64,000 nt of DNA, taken from assembly GCF_001642725.1 (NCBI RefSeq), contig NZ_LSUQ01000003.1, forward strand, positions 62,001-126,000. The letters run 5' to 3'. The stretch comes from Ferroacidibacillus organovorans. Its GTDB lineage: Bacteria > Bacillota > Bacilli > Alicyclobacillales > SLC66. The notes beneath the pieces were generated by a model. It searched no databases, was not told where the DNA came from, and saw only the letters and a list, made by a program, of their open reading frames with translations. The position numbers and the translations under genes are program-made. Positions 46,582 through 58,394 of this stretch are shown piece by piece (within the stretch, counting starts at the first letter, position 1; every line of letters begins with the position of its first letter).

Positions 46582-46610
46582 TTCGCTGCACCTTCTCTCG
46601 ATTTTATAGA

Positions 46611-48011
<1,401 letters not shown>

Positions 48012-48125
48012 GAACATCCTCCTAAGCTTGATCTAACTTCGCGTATGAAGCGTCTGAATTTCATCTGTACGGGTAGCGTAGCGTATTCTTGCTATTACGT
48101 CCAATGGATGTTTACTATGAATGCG

Positions 48126-48140
48126 ATAGGTATTAACTAT
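48126..48140. promoter_or_regulatory. LysR recognition box
   Basis: ATAG-N7-CTAT in the divergent leuC/LysR intergenic region. Confidence 0.6.
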
Positions 48141-48151
48141 GGGGTGATTAC

Positions 48152-49069
48152 GTGGATTTTCGTACGCTTGAGTATATTCTGGCCGTAGCAAAGGCTCGCA
48201 GCTTCACGAAAGCGGCGCTCGCGGTGAATGTCGCGCAACCCAGTTTGAGCCAGCAGATTGGAAAGTTAGAGCGGGCACTCGGCGTGACGCTCTTTGTGCG
48301 CAGACAAAGTGGCGTACTCTTGACGCCAGAGGGGGAGCGCTTTGTCGCACAGGCGGAGCAACTTTTGCGACAGCGCGATGACTTGCTGCGCGAAATGGCG
48401 GAGCGCAGCGGCGGCATGGCGAGTGAACTGATTCTTGGCGCACCCGCCATTACTGGCGGGCATATGCTTCCACCCATCCTTCGTCGTTTCACAGACCTTT
48501 ATCCGCAAGTGCGCGTTCATCTTCTTGAGGAGACGACAGAGCGCCTGGAAGAGTTGACCGTAACAGGCGCCACTGATTTGACGATTTTGGCGCTGCCGAT
48601 TCACGATTCTCGACTTTCTGTAAAGCCGCTGCTCACAGAGCGAATCGTGATCGCGTTGCCGACCGCTGCGCCTTCGTGGGGAAAAGCGTATCTGCCCGCT
48701 GCGCCGTTTGAAATTGATTTGGAACAGGTGGCCGCTGCGCCGTTTATTTTATTGAAGCGTGGGTATGGATTTCGCCAGACCTGCCTGACGCTGTGCGCAG
48801 AGCGCGGCTTCACCCCCAAAATTGCCTTTGAGACAAGCAGTGTGGAAACGGCGCAGGCGCTTGTGGCGGCGGGGCTTGGCGTCACGATGATTCCAGAGAT
48901 GGTCATGCGGACGGATGACCCTGCTTTGCATTTTGCAGAGCTTTCGACGCGACCGACGCGGACGCTTGTTTTTGCGTACGTCAAGGATCGTTTTTTGAGT
49001 ATGGCGGCACGGCGTTTTATGGCGCTTTACGAAGAGACTCAGGATTCGCTGCGTGCGCCACGCTCATGA
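48152..49069 (+). CDS. LysR-family regulator divergent from leuCD
   Basis: SFTKAA..VAQPSLSQQI HTH; FETSSVETAQALVAAGLG. Confidence 0.9.
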   Translation: MDFRTLEYILAVAKARSFTKAALAVNVAQPSLSQQIGKLERALGVTLFVRRQSGVLLTPEGERFVAQAEQLLRQRDDLLREMAERSGGMASELILGAPAITGGHMLPPILRRFTDLYPQVRVHLLEETTERLEELTVTGATDLTILALPIHDSRLSVKPLLTERIVIALPTAAPSWGKAYLPAAPFEIDLEQVAAAPFILLKRGYGFRQTCLTLCAERGFTPKIAFETSSVETAQALVAAGLGVTMIPEMVMRTDDPALHFAELSTRPTRTLVFAYVKDRFLSMAARRFMALYEETQDSLRAPRS

Positions 49070-49631
49070 CGCTGCTGAGTGGAAGTGAAATGTCTTCGAC
49101 GCCGTGAAGTTTGATTTGTGTTCCGTCAAATCCTGAAAAAACACCTTGAAAGCGTCCACCTTGTGTCAGGATGGAGACGGGTTTTTGCTGGAATTGATCC
49201 ATCAGGTAGCGCGCGATGGTTCGCATGTGTGGGGGGAGCGTTTTCCACGCCCCGTCTGGCGTATTCTGCGAGAGGCTGACAGGACTGGATGCGGTGACGA
49301 TACGCCCTCTTCCGTCCTTGCTGCGCGGGCGAGTGGCGAGTGGCGTGCCCATCTGCTCCTTTTTTTTGAGAAAAGACTGTAAGGGCTCTGACGGAGTTTC
49401 GTCGCGCTTTACTTCAGGATCTCTTACGTGGCGCGCGGAGTTTGGTGTACGCTCTTCTGTTGCGTCGATCGTGTCTGAAGTTGCGGAGGGTTTTGATACA
49501 GCAAGAAAGACGGTAGGCCGCGAAGGGGTTGATCGTTTCACTCGTCTCACGCTCCCGGAATAAACCTCGTAGTGATAGGATCTTGCTAATCTTATGCCGC
49601 ATCGTCTTCCGCTGTGAATCAGACGGATCAC
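49017..49631 (-). CDS. Hypothetical protein (low-complexity N-terminus, small beta-rich C-terminal domain); start uncertain
   Basis: Only long ORF filling the gap; C-terminus KPVSILTQGGRFQGVFSGFDGTQIKL...ISLPLSSVMSV looks Sm-fold-like. Confidence 0.45.
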   Translation of the reverse strand: MIRLIHSGRRCGIRLARSYHYEVYSGSVRRVKRSTPSRPTVFLAVSKPSATSDTIDATEERTPNSARHVRDPEVKRDETPSEPLQSFLKKKEQMGTPLATRPRSKDGRGRIVTASSPVSLSQNTPDGAWKTLPPHMRTIARYLMDQFQQKPVSILTQGGRFQGVFSGFDGTQIKLHGVEDISLPLSSVMSVAHAANPESLRKAP

Positions 49632-49656
49632 TTTCTCTCGCGATGTTCCTTTGGAG

Positions 49657-49712
49657 GCAGGAATTCAGTGGAATTGTGACGAATTTCTTAGGGTGAGTGC
49701 AATCGATTGCAC
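49657..49712 (+). promoter_or_regulatory. SigH-like promoter and LacI(MalR)-type operator of the glucoamylase gene
   Basis: GCAGGA-N18-GAAT (49657-49684); perfect palindrome GTGCAATCGATTGCAC (49697-49712). Confidence 0.7.
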
Positions 49713-49797
49713 AACGCGCTTTTCAGGTCCCATCGCAGCGTTGAAAAAATGTCGATTCTGCGCTGTGAAGTGTTGATGTGGTTGGCAGTGAGAAGGG

Positions 49798-51774
49798 ATG
49801 AGAGTCTTGCAAAAGCCGCACCTCTACAGTGGAATTATCGGGGATGGACAGATGTTAGCCGCGCTTTCAGCGCGAGGTGAACTCTTGCGTATTTTTTGGC
49901 CGCACATCGATTATGCACAACAGCTTGAGAGGTTTCACGTCGGTGTGCATGAACCTGATCAACCGATCGAATGGTTTCATACGCAACCGGCGTTTCAGAC
50001 CTATCTTGGCGAGAGCAATGTTCTCGTGACAGAGTATGAGATTGGCACGCTTTCGCTTTCCGTGACGCAACAGGATGTTATCGCGCATCGCGCGAACGGT
50101 GTGGTGCGCCACGTGACGATGAAAAATACGGGAACAAACGCTCGCCAACTCATAGGGAAGGCACTGCTGGTCACGCAATTGGGAGAGCATGAACGTAGTC
50201 AAGCGGTACGCTACAATCCAGCGGAATCTATGATTGTGCACTATCGACGCGACACGTTCTGTGCTTTCTCGATGCGAGAAGCGGTGTTCGGTTTCTCATG
50301 CGGTGACACGTCAGAAGCACTCGCCTATGACACGCTGCTTGGCACGCTCGAGAACCTGGGAGCGGACAGTGTGCTCGCGACCTCGTTTGGCGTGATTGAA
50401 CCCGGCGAGACGCGCACATGGACGATGTATTTGGCATTTGGCCGCGATCAAAAAGAGGCGGCGGCGCGAATGGCGCATTTGAAAGCGACGCCCGCGCACA
50501 CATGGATCGAAAGGAGCGTGCAGGAGAGCGCGCAGTTTCTCGCTCAGGCAAAGTCGATCTCGAGTGGGAATGAACGACTGGATCGTCTCTATCGGAGATC
50601 ACTCCTCGCGTTTTCGCTGTTGCTTGATCACGAGCGCGGCGGAATGATCGCGGCGCCTGAGTTTGATCCAGCCTGGCAGGCGTGCGGAGGATACGGATAC
50701 TGTTGGGGGCGCGATGCGGCGTATATAGCGACGGCGCTTTTGCAGGCTGGGTATACCGCACAGAGTGAAGCATTTTACGCGTGGATGCTCACCGCGCAGG
50801 ATGAGGACGGAAAATGGGATCATCGTCACTGGCTGAACGGAACGGTGGCGCCGTCCTGGGGCTATCAGGCTGACGAGACAGCAAGCGTTGTGTGGGGGAT
50901 GTGGCGGCACTTTCAGGTGACGCGTGATGCTGCTTTTTTACGACGCGTGTATCCGGCCATGCAGCGCGCGGCGAACCATTTGCTCGCGACGCTTGATGTG
51001 GAGAGCGGTTTGCCGCGCGAATCAATCGACTTGTGGGAAGAACGGTTTGCGCAGCACACCTATTCATCCGCAGCCGTGCACGCCGCGCTTTTATGCGCGG
51101 TGGAAGCATCTTGTGAAGTAGCGGGGGACAAAGTGTCGCGTAACGCGTGGCGAGAGGCAGCTGAGCGGATCGGCAGGTCCATCGATCAAACGTTGTGGAA
51201 TGAAGCGCGCAGCTGTTTTTATCGGAGTCGGCGTCTTCATCTTCGCGATGCGCACACCCATAGACCTGTCGTAGATGGTAAAGTCGTTTTCACGGAGCTT
51301 GACGTGTATGGGTATACGCGCGTGATTCAGTCGTTTGATGAAGTCGTTGACGCGAGTTTGCTCGGACTGTCCTATCCGTTTGCATTCTTGAAACCTTCTG
51401 ATCAGCGCGCCGTGCAGGTTGCAGATGCCGTACGAGAAGCGCTCTGGGCACCGCGCGTGGGTGGGATCCTGCGCTACGAGAATGATGCGTATGTCGGTGG
51501 AAATCCATGGATTTTGACCACGCTGTGGATGGGGTTAGATGCACTTCGTCGCGCGGATGAGGCAACGGCTGACGAGATGCTATCCTGGGCGGCAGAGCAC
51601 GCGACGGAGCTTGAACTCTTCCCAGAACAGGTCGATCGAGAGACGGGTGAGACGCGGTGGGTTGTACCCCTCACATGGTCGCACGCGATGTTCGTTTTGC
51701 TTATGCTTGAGCGCTATGGAAAGAAGGATCAATCAGCCGCGCTGTCTTCGTCTGCACTCCTACATCAATCCTGA
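49798..51774 (+). CDS. GH15 glucoamylase/glucodextranase-like hydrolase (no signal peptide)
   Basis: GYGYCWGRDA, QADE, DLWEE, LRYENDAY, FPEQV, PLTWSHA. Confidence 0.9.
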   Translation: MRVLQKPHLYSGIIGDGQMLAALSARGELLRIFWPHIDYAQQLERFHVGVHEPDQPIEWFHTQPAFQTYLGESNVLVTEYEIGTLSLSVTQQDVIAHRANGVVRHVTMKNTGTNARQLIGKALLVTQLGEHERSQAVRYNPAESMIVHYRRDTFCAFSMREAVFGFSCGDTSEALAYDTLLGTLENLGADSVLATSFGVIEPGETRTWTMYLAFGRDQKEAAARMAHLKATPAHTWIERSVQESAQFLAQAKSISSGNERLDRLYRRSLLAFSLLLDHERGGMIAAPEFDPAWQACGGYGYCWGRDAAYIATALLQAGYTAQSEAFYAWMLTAQDEDGKWDHRHWLNGTVAPSWGYQADETASVVWGMWRHFQVTRDAAFLRRVYPAMQRAANHLLATLDVESGLPRESIDLWEERFAQHTYSSAAVHAALLCAVEASCEVAGDKVSRNAWREAAERIGRSIDQTLWNEARSCFYRSRRLHLRDAHTHRPVVDGKVVFTELDVYGYTRVIQSFDEVVDASLLGLSYPFAFLKPSDQRAVQVADAVREALWAPRVGGILRYENDAYVGGNPWILTTLWMGLDALRRADEATADEMLSWAAEHATELELFPEQVDRETGETRWVVPLTWSHAMFVLLMLERYGKKDQSAALSSSALLHQS

Positions 51775-51783
51775 TTTGGTTTG

Positions 51784-51834
51784 AATCACAAAGCCCCTCT
51801 GCGTGCTGCATGCACACAGAGGGGCTTTGTGATT
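51784..51834. terminator. Long inverted repeat, probable bidirectional terminator
   Basis: AATCACAAAGCCCCTCTG...CAGAGGGGCTTTGTGATT between convergent genes. Confidence 0.75.
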
Positions 51835-51859
51835 ATGCGTCGATGGGATCTTGGCGCAG

Positions 51860-52918
51860 TCACTTTGATTTAGATTCGTCACCTTGCAACTGGGTGAGCG
51901 GATCCCAGGCGCCGCATGAGCGCCGAATGACAAGCTGGTGTTCGATGATTTGGTGCTTCGGTCCACGCACGCTCCCCTGAATTTCATCGAGCAGCAGATG
52001 GGTCGCCTGTACACCTAATTCATAGATGTTTACATTGACGGTTGTCATCGGTGGATTGGACAATTTCGCGAGAGGAATATCGTTAAATCCGACGATTGCC
52101 AGGTCATCCGGGATGCTATAGCCAAGCTCTCCCGCTGCACGCATCGCGCCAAACGCGAGCACGTCATCTGACGCGACGACGGCCGTCGGCCGCTCAGCGA
52201 GGGCGAGCAGGCGCATCATTCCGGAGTAGCCCACATCTTCCAGAAATTCGCCAGAAACGATACACTGCGGGTCAAGTTTCAGGTCTGCTTCAAAAAGCGC
52301 GTCACTATAGCCGCGCAAGCGATCGAGGCTGACGACGAGTTCCTGGGAGCCACCGATGTACCCGATTCGTCGATGCCCCATGCGAATGAGATGCTGGGTC
52401 ATATCGTGTGCGGCTAGACGGTTGTCATTGTTGATCCAAGAGATCGGCAAGGAATTGAAGGGTCGTCCAATCAACACGGACGGAATTCTCAGTTCTGTGA
52501 CCAATTCAAGCAACGGATCGGTTGTTCTTGAGGTCAGAAGGATCATGCCGTCAACGCGCTTGCTGCGGATCAGTTTTTCCAAGCGATCGACATCGTTCAA
52601 CCCGTGTAGCGCGGTCGACAAGAAGATGTCGTAGCCGGCGTGTTGGGCGACTTGAGTAATGCCGCGCAGCACCTCCGGGAAAAAGGGATTCAGATAAAAT
52701 TGTTCGATGGTGCTTGGAATTAAGAGCCCGATGACTTCGGAACTTCGTTTGACAAGACTGCGCGCGATGGCATTCGGGTGATAGTCCATCTCTTTCATGA
52801 TCAGGCGAACGCGGTCGCGCGTCTCTTGACTAATGCGCGGGTGGTTCGCGATGACACGTGAAACAGTGGATGGACTGACCCCGGCCTGCATCGCGACGTC
52901 TTTGATGTTAACGCCCAT
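51860..52918 (-). CDS. LacI-family maltose regulon repressor (MalR-like)
   Basis: NIKDVAMQAGVSPSTVSRV HTH, NPFFPEVLRGI; last gene of the maltodextrin operon. Confidence 0.88.
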   Translation of the reverse strand: MGVNIKDVAMQAGVSPSTVSRVIANHPRISQETRDRVRLIMKEMDYHPNAIARSLVKRSSEVIGLLIPSTIEQFYLNPFFPEVLRGITQVAQHAGYDIFLSTALHGLNDVDRLEKLIRSKRVDGMILLTSRTTDPLLELVTELRIPSVLIGRPFNSLPISWINNDNRLAAHDMTQHLIRMGHRRIGYIGGSQELVVSLDRLRGYSDALFEADLKLDPQCIVSGEFLEDVGYSGMMRLLALAERPTAVVASDDVLAFGAMRAAGELGYSIPDDLAIVGFNDIPLAKLSNPPMTTVNVNIYELGVQATHLLLDEIQGSVRGPKHQIIEHQLVIRRSCGAWDPLTQLQGDESKSK

Positions 52919-54686
52919 ACGGATCACGGCCTGTCTTTGCGTAGAGTAGCGCGGTATACGGCGGAATGGAAAGCGATTTGCCTTTTGATAATGTTTCCGG
53001 TCCATCGCCCGTGACACGAGTGTACATCACATCTCCGATGAGCGCATCCGTTACAGTGATCACCTGTTCATTTGCGGTGCTGTTCACGAGTGCGACCAAC
53101 TGTTCAGCGCTCTGTTCACAGCGGCGCAGATAGGCACATACGTTTAGATTGTCGCGTGACAAAAGGGGGCGGTAGGCACCGTCGCGCAATGCGCGAAACT
53201 GCTTTCGCAGCGCGATCAGCGTCTGATAGTGCTCGAACAGCGAAAGGTTTTGCCGAACATGTTCCCACACCATCCCGCCGCGACAAAGCGGGTCATTTTC
53301 GCCCGTCATGCCGACCTCGTCGCCATAATAGAGAAGCGGCGCGCCGAACATGGTGAACTGGATAAAACTCGCGAGTTTTGCGCGCGCTGTGTCCCCATCG
53401 CAGAGCGTGAGCAGTCGTGCCGTGTCGTGTGAATCGAGTAGACACCAGAGGGTTTTAAGGACATGCTCTGGATAGAGGGAACGTATTTTTTCGACGCGAT
53501 ACAGAAATTCTCCAGCGTGGATGGTCGCGGTCGCAACGTAGTCGAGGATGGCGCGACCGAGCGGGTAGTTCATCACAGCGTCAAATTCGTCTCCGCGTAG
53601 CCACGGCGTGGCAACTTGCCAAATTTCGCCACAAATCAATGCGTCAGGGTTTTCCGCTTTGATCGCTCTGCGGAAGATTTTCCAAAAGGTGTGCTCCACT
53701 TCATCGGATACGTCAAGGCGAAAGCCGTCGACGCCTGTCTCGCGCATCCAGTGCGTGCCGACGTTACAAAGCATCTGCTCTACAGCGGGGTGTGCCGTTC
53801 GCCACTTTGGCATGTTTGCCACGTAGCCGAAGGTCTCGTAATTTAAGGCTTCGGGAGAGAGCGGCCAGTTGCGCGCGATAATCTGTGAAGCATAAGGGGA
53901 GTCTGCACCTTTCTCAAGTAAATCTTGAAAAACGGGATGCTGTGCGCCCATGTGATTGAATACGGCGTCGAGCACGACGCGAATGCCACGATCATGGCAC
54001 GCGTCGACGAGACGCTTTAGGTCTTCTGTGCTGCCAAAATGCGGATCAATGTGAAAATAGTCGACGGTGTCATACTTGTGATTGGACGGAGCGTGAAACA
54101 CAGGCGTCATGTACAAGACATCTACGCCGAGGGCGGTAAGGTGATCCAGTTTCGCGAGGATGCCTGGTAAATCACCGCCAAAAAAGGCGTCCGCAGTCGG
54201 CGTCGCATCCCAGTCAGATAAGGTGTGATCGTTTGGGACTGTGCCACTTCGATAAAACCTTTCGGGGAAAATTTGGTAATAAACAGCGCCTTTCGTCCAC
54301 TCTGGCGGTGAAAAGTGATCCCGTTCGCCAAGATAGGGAACTTCAAAAGCGTCCGCGTCACTCGGTTCTTCACGAGAAACACCGTTGCGAGAGTAGAAAT
54401 ATGTCTCTTCAGTCGTGTGAATGCGGAAAAAATAGCGGAAACGTTTGCTGACGCGCGCAAGCTGTGCTTGAAACTGCACGAGTTCTTCGTCTTCATAGGC
54501 ATACAATTGTGCCGAAATGTCTTCGCTTGTCGCTTCGCGTTTGAATTTATCGTAGTGGGTTACGGTGACAGAGTCGACAAGCGAGGGCACGCGAAGACGA
54601 ACCACGAGAGTTTCGCCGTCCGCATAGGCATAAGGTTCAACGGATTCGTGATAGGTTGCGAGACGAAGGTCGCGTAAAACTGACAC
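52908..54686 (-). CDS. GH13 cyclomaltodextrinase/neopullulanase
   Basis: YQIFPERF, SNHKYDT, LDAVFNH, GFRLDV, GEIW, LLDSHD. Confidence 0.9.
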   Translation of the reverse strand: MSVLRDLRLATYHESVEPYAYADGETLVVRLRVPSLVDSVTVTHYDKFKREATSEDISAQLYAYEDEELVQFQAQLARVSKRFRYFFRIHTTEETYFYSRNGVSREEPSDADAFEVPYLGERDHFSPPEWTKGAVYYQIFPERFYRSGTVPNDHTLSDWDATPTADAFFGGDLPGILAKLDHLTALGVDVLYMTPVFHAPSNHKYDTVDYFHIDPHFGSTEDLKRLVDACHDRGIRVVLDAVFNHMGAQHPVFQDLLEKGADSPYASQIIARNWPLSPEALNYETFGYVANMPKWRTAHPAVEQMLCNVGTHWMRETGVDGFRLDVSDEVEHTFWKIFRRAIKAENPDALICGEIWQVATPWLRGDEFDAVMNYPLGRAILDYVATATIHAGEFLYRVEKIRSLYPEHVLKTLWCLLDSHDTARLLTLCDGDTARAKLASFIQFTMFGAPLLYYGDEVGMTGENDPLCRGGMVWEHVRQNLSLFEHYQTLIALRKQFRALRDGAYRPLLSRDNLNVCAYLRRCEQSAEQLVALVNSTANEQVITVTDALIGDVMYTRVTGDGPETLSKGKSLSIPPYTALLYAKTGRDPYGR

Positions 54687-54717
54687 GGAGAAAACCTCCT
54701 TGCATGGAATGGCTCAA

Positions 54718-55596
54718 TCAGCCTTTGACAGAACCGGCGACGAGACCGGAGACGATCCATTTTTGAAATACGGCGTAGAGCACTGTGAGCGGGACGGCGG
54801 CGAGCAGCGCTGCGGCAGAGAACTCCGTCCAGTTTTTCGCGAATTGCCCTTGGATAAATTGGAAGAGCCCAATCGGAAGCGTATAGTTTGATGGTGATTG
54901 AAGGATCGTCGAACCGAGCAGAAACTCGTTGAATGAACCGATAAACGTGAAAAGAAAGATGACGACAAGCATCGGGACGGATAACGGCAGAATGATCCGC
55001 AAATAGATCTGCATCGAGTTTGCGCCATCCATCACGGCTGCCTCGTCCAGTTCGCGCGGAATTGTATCGAGGTAACCTTTGAGCAGCCAGATGTTAAACG
55101 CGCTTCCTCCAGCTTGAACAAGCACGTAGATGTACAGATTGTCCAGCAGATTGAGCTGAGTCAAGACGGCGAGAATCGCTGAGACGGCGAGAGCATTTGG
55201 AAACATTTGCAGAAGTAAAAGGGTCATCAATCCGTATTTGCGACCAAAAAACCTCATGCGACTAAAGGCGTACGCAGAGGTTGCCGTAAATGCAAGCTGT
55301 ACAGCGCCTAGGAGTATACCGACGATGAGACTGTTTTTCATCCACGTCAAAAAACTTGTCTGTGTAAGCAGTGCCCAATAGTTTTGCAGTGTGATGGAGC
55401 GCGGAAAGAGATTTCCTGAAAAGAAGGATTGTCCTCCCTTGAGAGACGCGAGAAGAACAAAATAGATAGGGAACATCGCGAGAAGGATAAAAAACCAGAC
55501 AATGATTCGCGACACCCACAAAACGAAACGTTGGCCGGGCGCGAGCGATTTTTTCTTTGGCGAAAGGGTGGGAGCGCTTGTTGCAAGGGATGACAT
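54718..55596 (-). CDS. malG: Maltodextrin ABC permease
   Basis: LQMFP, KGYLDTIPRELDEAAVMDGA EAA loop, C-terminal GSVKG. Confidence 0.88.
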   Translation of the reverse strand: MSSLATSAPTLSPKKKSLAPGQRFVLWVSRIIVWFFILLAMFPIYFVLLASLKGGQSFFSGNLFPRSITLQNYWALLTQTSFLTWMKNSLIVGILLGAVQLAFTATSAYAFSRMRFFGRKYGLMTLLLLQMFPNALAVSAILAVLTQLNLLDNLYIYVLVQAGGSAFNIWLLKGYLDTIPRELDEAAVMDGANSMQIYLRIILPLSVPMLVVIFLFTFIGSFNEFLLGSTILQSPSNYTLPIGLFQFIQGQFAKNWTEFSAAALLAAVPLTVLYAVFQKWIVSGLVAGSVKG

Positions 55597-55597
55597 A

Positions 55598-56557
55598 TCA
55601 ATCCGCCTCCTGAAATGCGCCAGACGCCTTCATCTGAATGAGGCTGATGACGCCAACGAGAATGAAAACCATAACAGAGAGTGCTGCCGCGATTTCAAAT
55701 TTGTTGAAGGTGAGCGACATCTTGTATGCGGCGCTGATCAGTATGTCGGTATACCCGGCAAACTGTGTGTCTGGTCGCGCTGGGCCGCCTTGGGTCAACG
55801 CGTAGATTGCATTGAAGTTATTAAAGTTAAACGCAAAACTCGGGATGATCAACGGAATGGTAATCTTCCAGATGGCCGGGATGGTGACGTAAAAAAACTG
55901 CTGCCACCAATTGGCGCCGTCAATCTGTGCAGCTTCATACAAATCTTTCGGGACAGCCTGAAGCGCGCCAAGACTAACACTCATCATATAGGGATAACCG
56001 AGCCATAAATTGACGAGCAGCACAGAGATTTTTGCCCAGAATGGATCGGTGAGCCACGGAATTGCATGGATTCCGAAAAGGTGTAGAAATTGATTGATCG
56101 GTCCATAATCTTTATTGAGCAGGTTTGACCAGCTTAATTGGGTAATTAGAGCTGGAACGGCCCAAGGAACGATAAGGATGGCGCGATAGATGTTTGACTC
56201 TTTCATGTGTTCATTGTTCAGCAGCACTGCAACGAACAGCCCGACCAGATAGTTTGCCAGCGTCGTCGTTACTGCAAAAACGATCGTCCAGACAAAGACC
56301 GGTTCGAAGACGCTCAGATAGGGTCCATTGATAATGTCGATAAAATTTTGCAGTCCAACAAATTGATAGGATGTAAAATGATACATGTCAAAGTTTGTAA
56401 ACGCGATATACACGGTGTACAGAAGGGGTGCAATTCCGAGTATCGCGATGGAGATCAACGCGGGCCCTAAGTAAAGATAGGCGACGGGTTGGTTTTTACG
56501 TCGCGTCTTCTTTTTTTGTGCGGGTGAAACTTCGGGTGTTGCGGTCATCATCGCCAC
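55598..56557 (-). CDS. malF: Maltodextrin ABC permease
   Basis: VPWAVP, NLWLGYPY, LYEAAQIDGA, FAFNFNNF. Confidence 0.88.
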   Translation of the reverse strand: MAMMTATPEVSPAQKKKTRRKNQPVAYLYLGPALISIAILGIAPLLYTVYIAFTNFDMYHFTSYQFVGLQNFIDIINGPYLSVFEPVFVWTIVFAVTTTLANYLVGLFVAVLLNNEHMKESNIYRAILIVPWAVPALITQLSWSNLLNKDYGPINQFLHLFGIHAIPWLTDPFWAKISVLLVNLWLGYPYMMSVSLGALQAVPKDLYEAAQIDGANWWQQFFYVTIPAIWKITIPLIIPSFAFNFNNFNAIYALTQGGPARPDTQFAGYTDILISAAYKMSLTFNKFEIAAALSVMVFILVGVISLIQMKASGAFQEAD

Positions 56558-56696
56558 GGCAGGGCCTCCTTTATCTCCGCGGAGTTTTGTAGCACATCTA
56601 GGTGTGCTGGTTCAATTCGTGTCGTACAGGATGGTTTGAAAAAAGAGCAGAGACACCCGCATGCGATGTCTCTGCATCTCGTTTCGAGCGGTAGTA

Positions 56697-57929
56697 TTAG
56701 TTGCCCATGATGCTTTCGCCTTGAAGAATCTGTTTGACCATGTTGTGAGCGGCGACAGCCGGACTCTCTTGCCCTTTGGTCACGAAGCCAAGCGCATTTC
56801 CAGCAGGTGTCCAAACGGCTTGCATCTGCGGCACGTTTGGCATCGGAACACCGTATTGTGCGGCGATGGCGAATGGATAGGCGTAAGGATTCGAAGAAAC
56901 CATTTTGCTGTGCACATCTTTGATGAGCACTGGAATGCGATCGCCGACTGCAAGTTCCTGCGCCGCCGCGTGTTGCGAGATGAATCTAACCAAATTCCAG
57001 TCGAGCGCTTGATTGTGGCTGCGGGCGTTCACGATCATTTCTTGGAAACCCTCAAAAGTGACTGGGTGCTTGCCGTTTGGCAAAAGCGGAAGCGGCTCGA
57101 TGCCAAAGTTGACATGCGCCTGAAGCAAAGAGGTTACATCCCAAGGGCCAGAGATGTAGAATGCGGATTTGCCATTTTGGAAGAGCGATTTTGCGATATC
57201 TCCGGTAATCGATGCAGGCATGAAATGGTATTGGGAGACGAAGCTCTTGATGATGCTAAGGCCTTTAATCGAGCCCGCGTTGTCAAGGCCAATTTGGCCG
57301 ACGTTTGCGACGCCGTGATTGTTGCCAAAGACATAACCGCCCATGCCGCCCAAGAAGGCATAACTGTAATAGAAGTTGTTGATGTCATAAGCAAATCCGT
57401 GCGCTTTTGCTTCGGAAATAAACTGTGCCCACGTTTTGGGCGGTGTCTTGATGATCTTTTTATTGTAAAAGAGTCCATACGTTTCAGAGGAGAGGGGAAT
57501 GCCATAGAGCTTACCGCCAATCGTGCCGGCTTGAATGGACGGCGCGATATAATCTTTCGTGTTGATCAGACCGGTAGGGACTGGCGCCATGACGCCCTCA
57601 ATCGCAAAGGTGCCAAGGTTGTCTTGCGGAATGCCAAGTTCAATGTCAGGGCCTTTGCCACTGCGCGATGCGGTAGCGAAGTTTTGGAATGAACTGTTAT
57701 CTTGAACGACGGTGACTGTGTTTCCTGTCTGTTTACCCCAGACATTTGCGAGTTTTTGCATGACACTCTGCTCTTGGGGTGTCAAATGGGAGAATACGGT
57801 GATGTGCTGTCCTGTGGGTAAGCTATCGTGCCGCGTTGCTGCGAATGCGCCTCCGCTGACGCTGGCAAGTAGAGTTCCTGCGGTTCCGAGCGCCAGTGCC
57901 ACAGATGTTACTTTGTTAAGGCGTTTCAT
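56697..57929 (-). CDS. malE: Maltose/maltodextrin-binding protein, no lipobox
   Basis: GKGPDI, LFYNK, ISGPW, PMPNVPQMQAVW; signal peptide ends AFA, no Cys. Confidence 0.88.
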   Translation of the reverse strand: MKRLNKVTSVALALGTAGTLLASVSGGAFAATRHDSLPTGQHITVFSHLTPQEQSVMQKLANVWGKQTGNTVTVVQDNSSFQNFATASRSGKGPDIELGIPQDNLGTFAIEGVMAPVPTGLINTKDYIAPSIQAGTIGGKLYGIPLSSETYGLFYNKKIIKTPPKTWAQFISEAKAHGFAYDINNFYYSYAFLGGMGGYVFGNNHGVANVGQIGLDNAGSIKGLSIIKSFVSQYHFMPASITGDIAKSLFQNGKSAFYISGPWDVTSLLQAHVNFGIEPLPLLPNGKHPVTFEGFQEMIVNARSHNQALDWNLVRFISQHAAAQELAVGDRIPVLIKDVHSKMVSSNPYAYPFAIAAQYGVPMPNVPQMQAVWTPAGNALGFVTKGQESPAVAAHNMVKQILQGESIMGN

Positions 57930-58070
57930 GTAAACATACCCCTCTCTATGATTGGGCGGCAGGTATCCGTCTGAACGCTACCGTTTGACCCCTGGTGGTT
58001 TGTTAGACGCTTACATGATGCGAGCGAAAAGCATGCGCTTTTCATGCTGTTCTATCGCTTCATAGCGTGC

Positions 58071-58131
58071 GAACAATCGTTTGCACACACGTCTGCTTGA
58101 TGAATTCTATGTGACGGATTCTTTTTCCTGC
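58071..58131 (-). promoter_or_regulatory. SigH-like promoter and MalR-type operator of the mal operon
   Basis: Minus strand GCAGGA-N18-GAAT (58131-58104); GAACAATCGTTTGCAC (58071-58086); further operator-like GTGCACACGTTTGCGC at 58300-58315 and cre-like TGTAAGGGTTTTCT at 58197-58210 (-). Confidence 0.6.
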
Positions 58132-58394
58132 TATGATCCTACATTTTATTTGTAGAATTTATATGAAATGGTCGAATAAAGGTTGAATAAGAAATGAGAA
58201 AACCCTTACATCGATGAAAATGGAAGGATTGAGGAAAAATTCATTCATCGAAGTTGATGAATGATCGGGAAATCCGATCTGAATTCAAATGGGTCAATCG
58301 TGCACACGTTTGCGCGTAAACAGTATTATTTCGTCCGTCGTGCACGAATGTGGCGCATCTATGCCGTATATGTGCGTGCTTTTTCAGTCTCCAT

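Noticed and set aside
56661..57692. 343-aa plus-strand ORF
   Set aside because: Antisense shadow of malE with no recognisable motifs.
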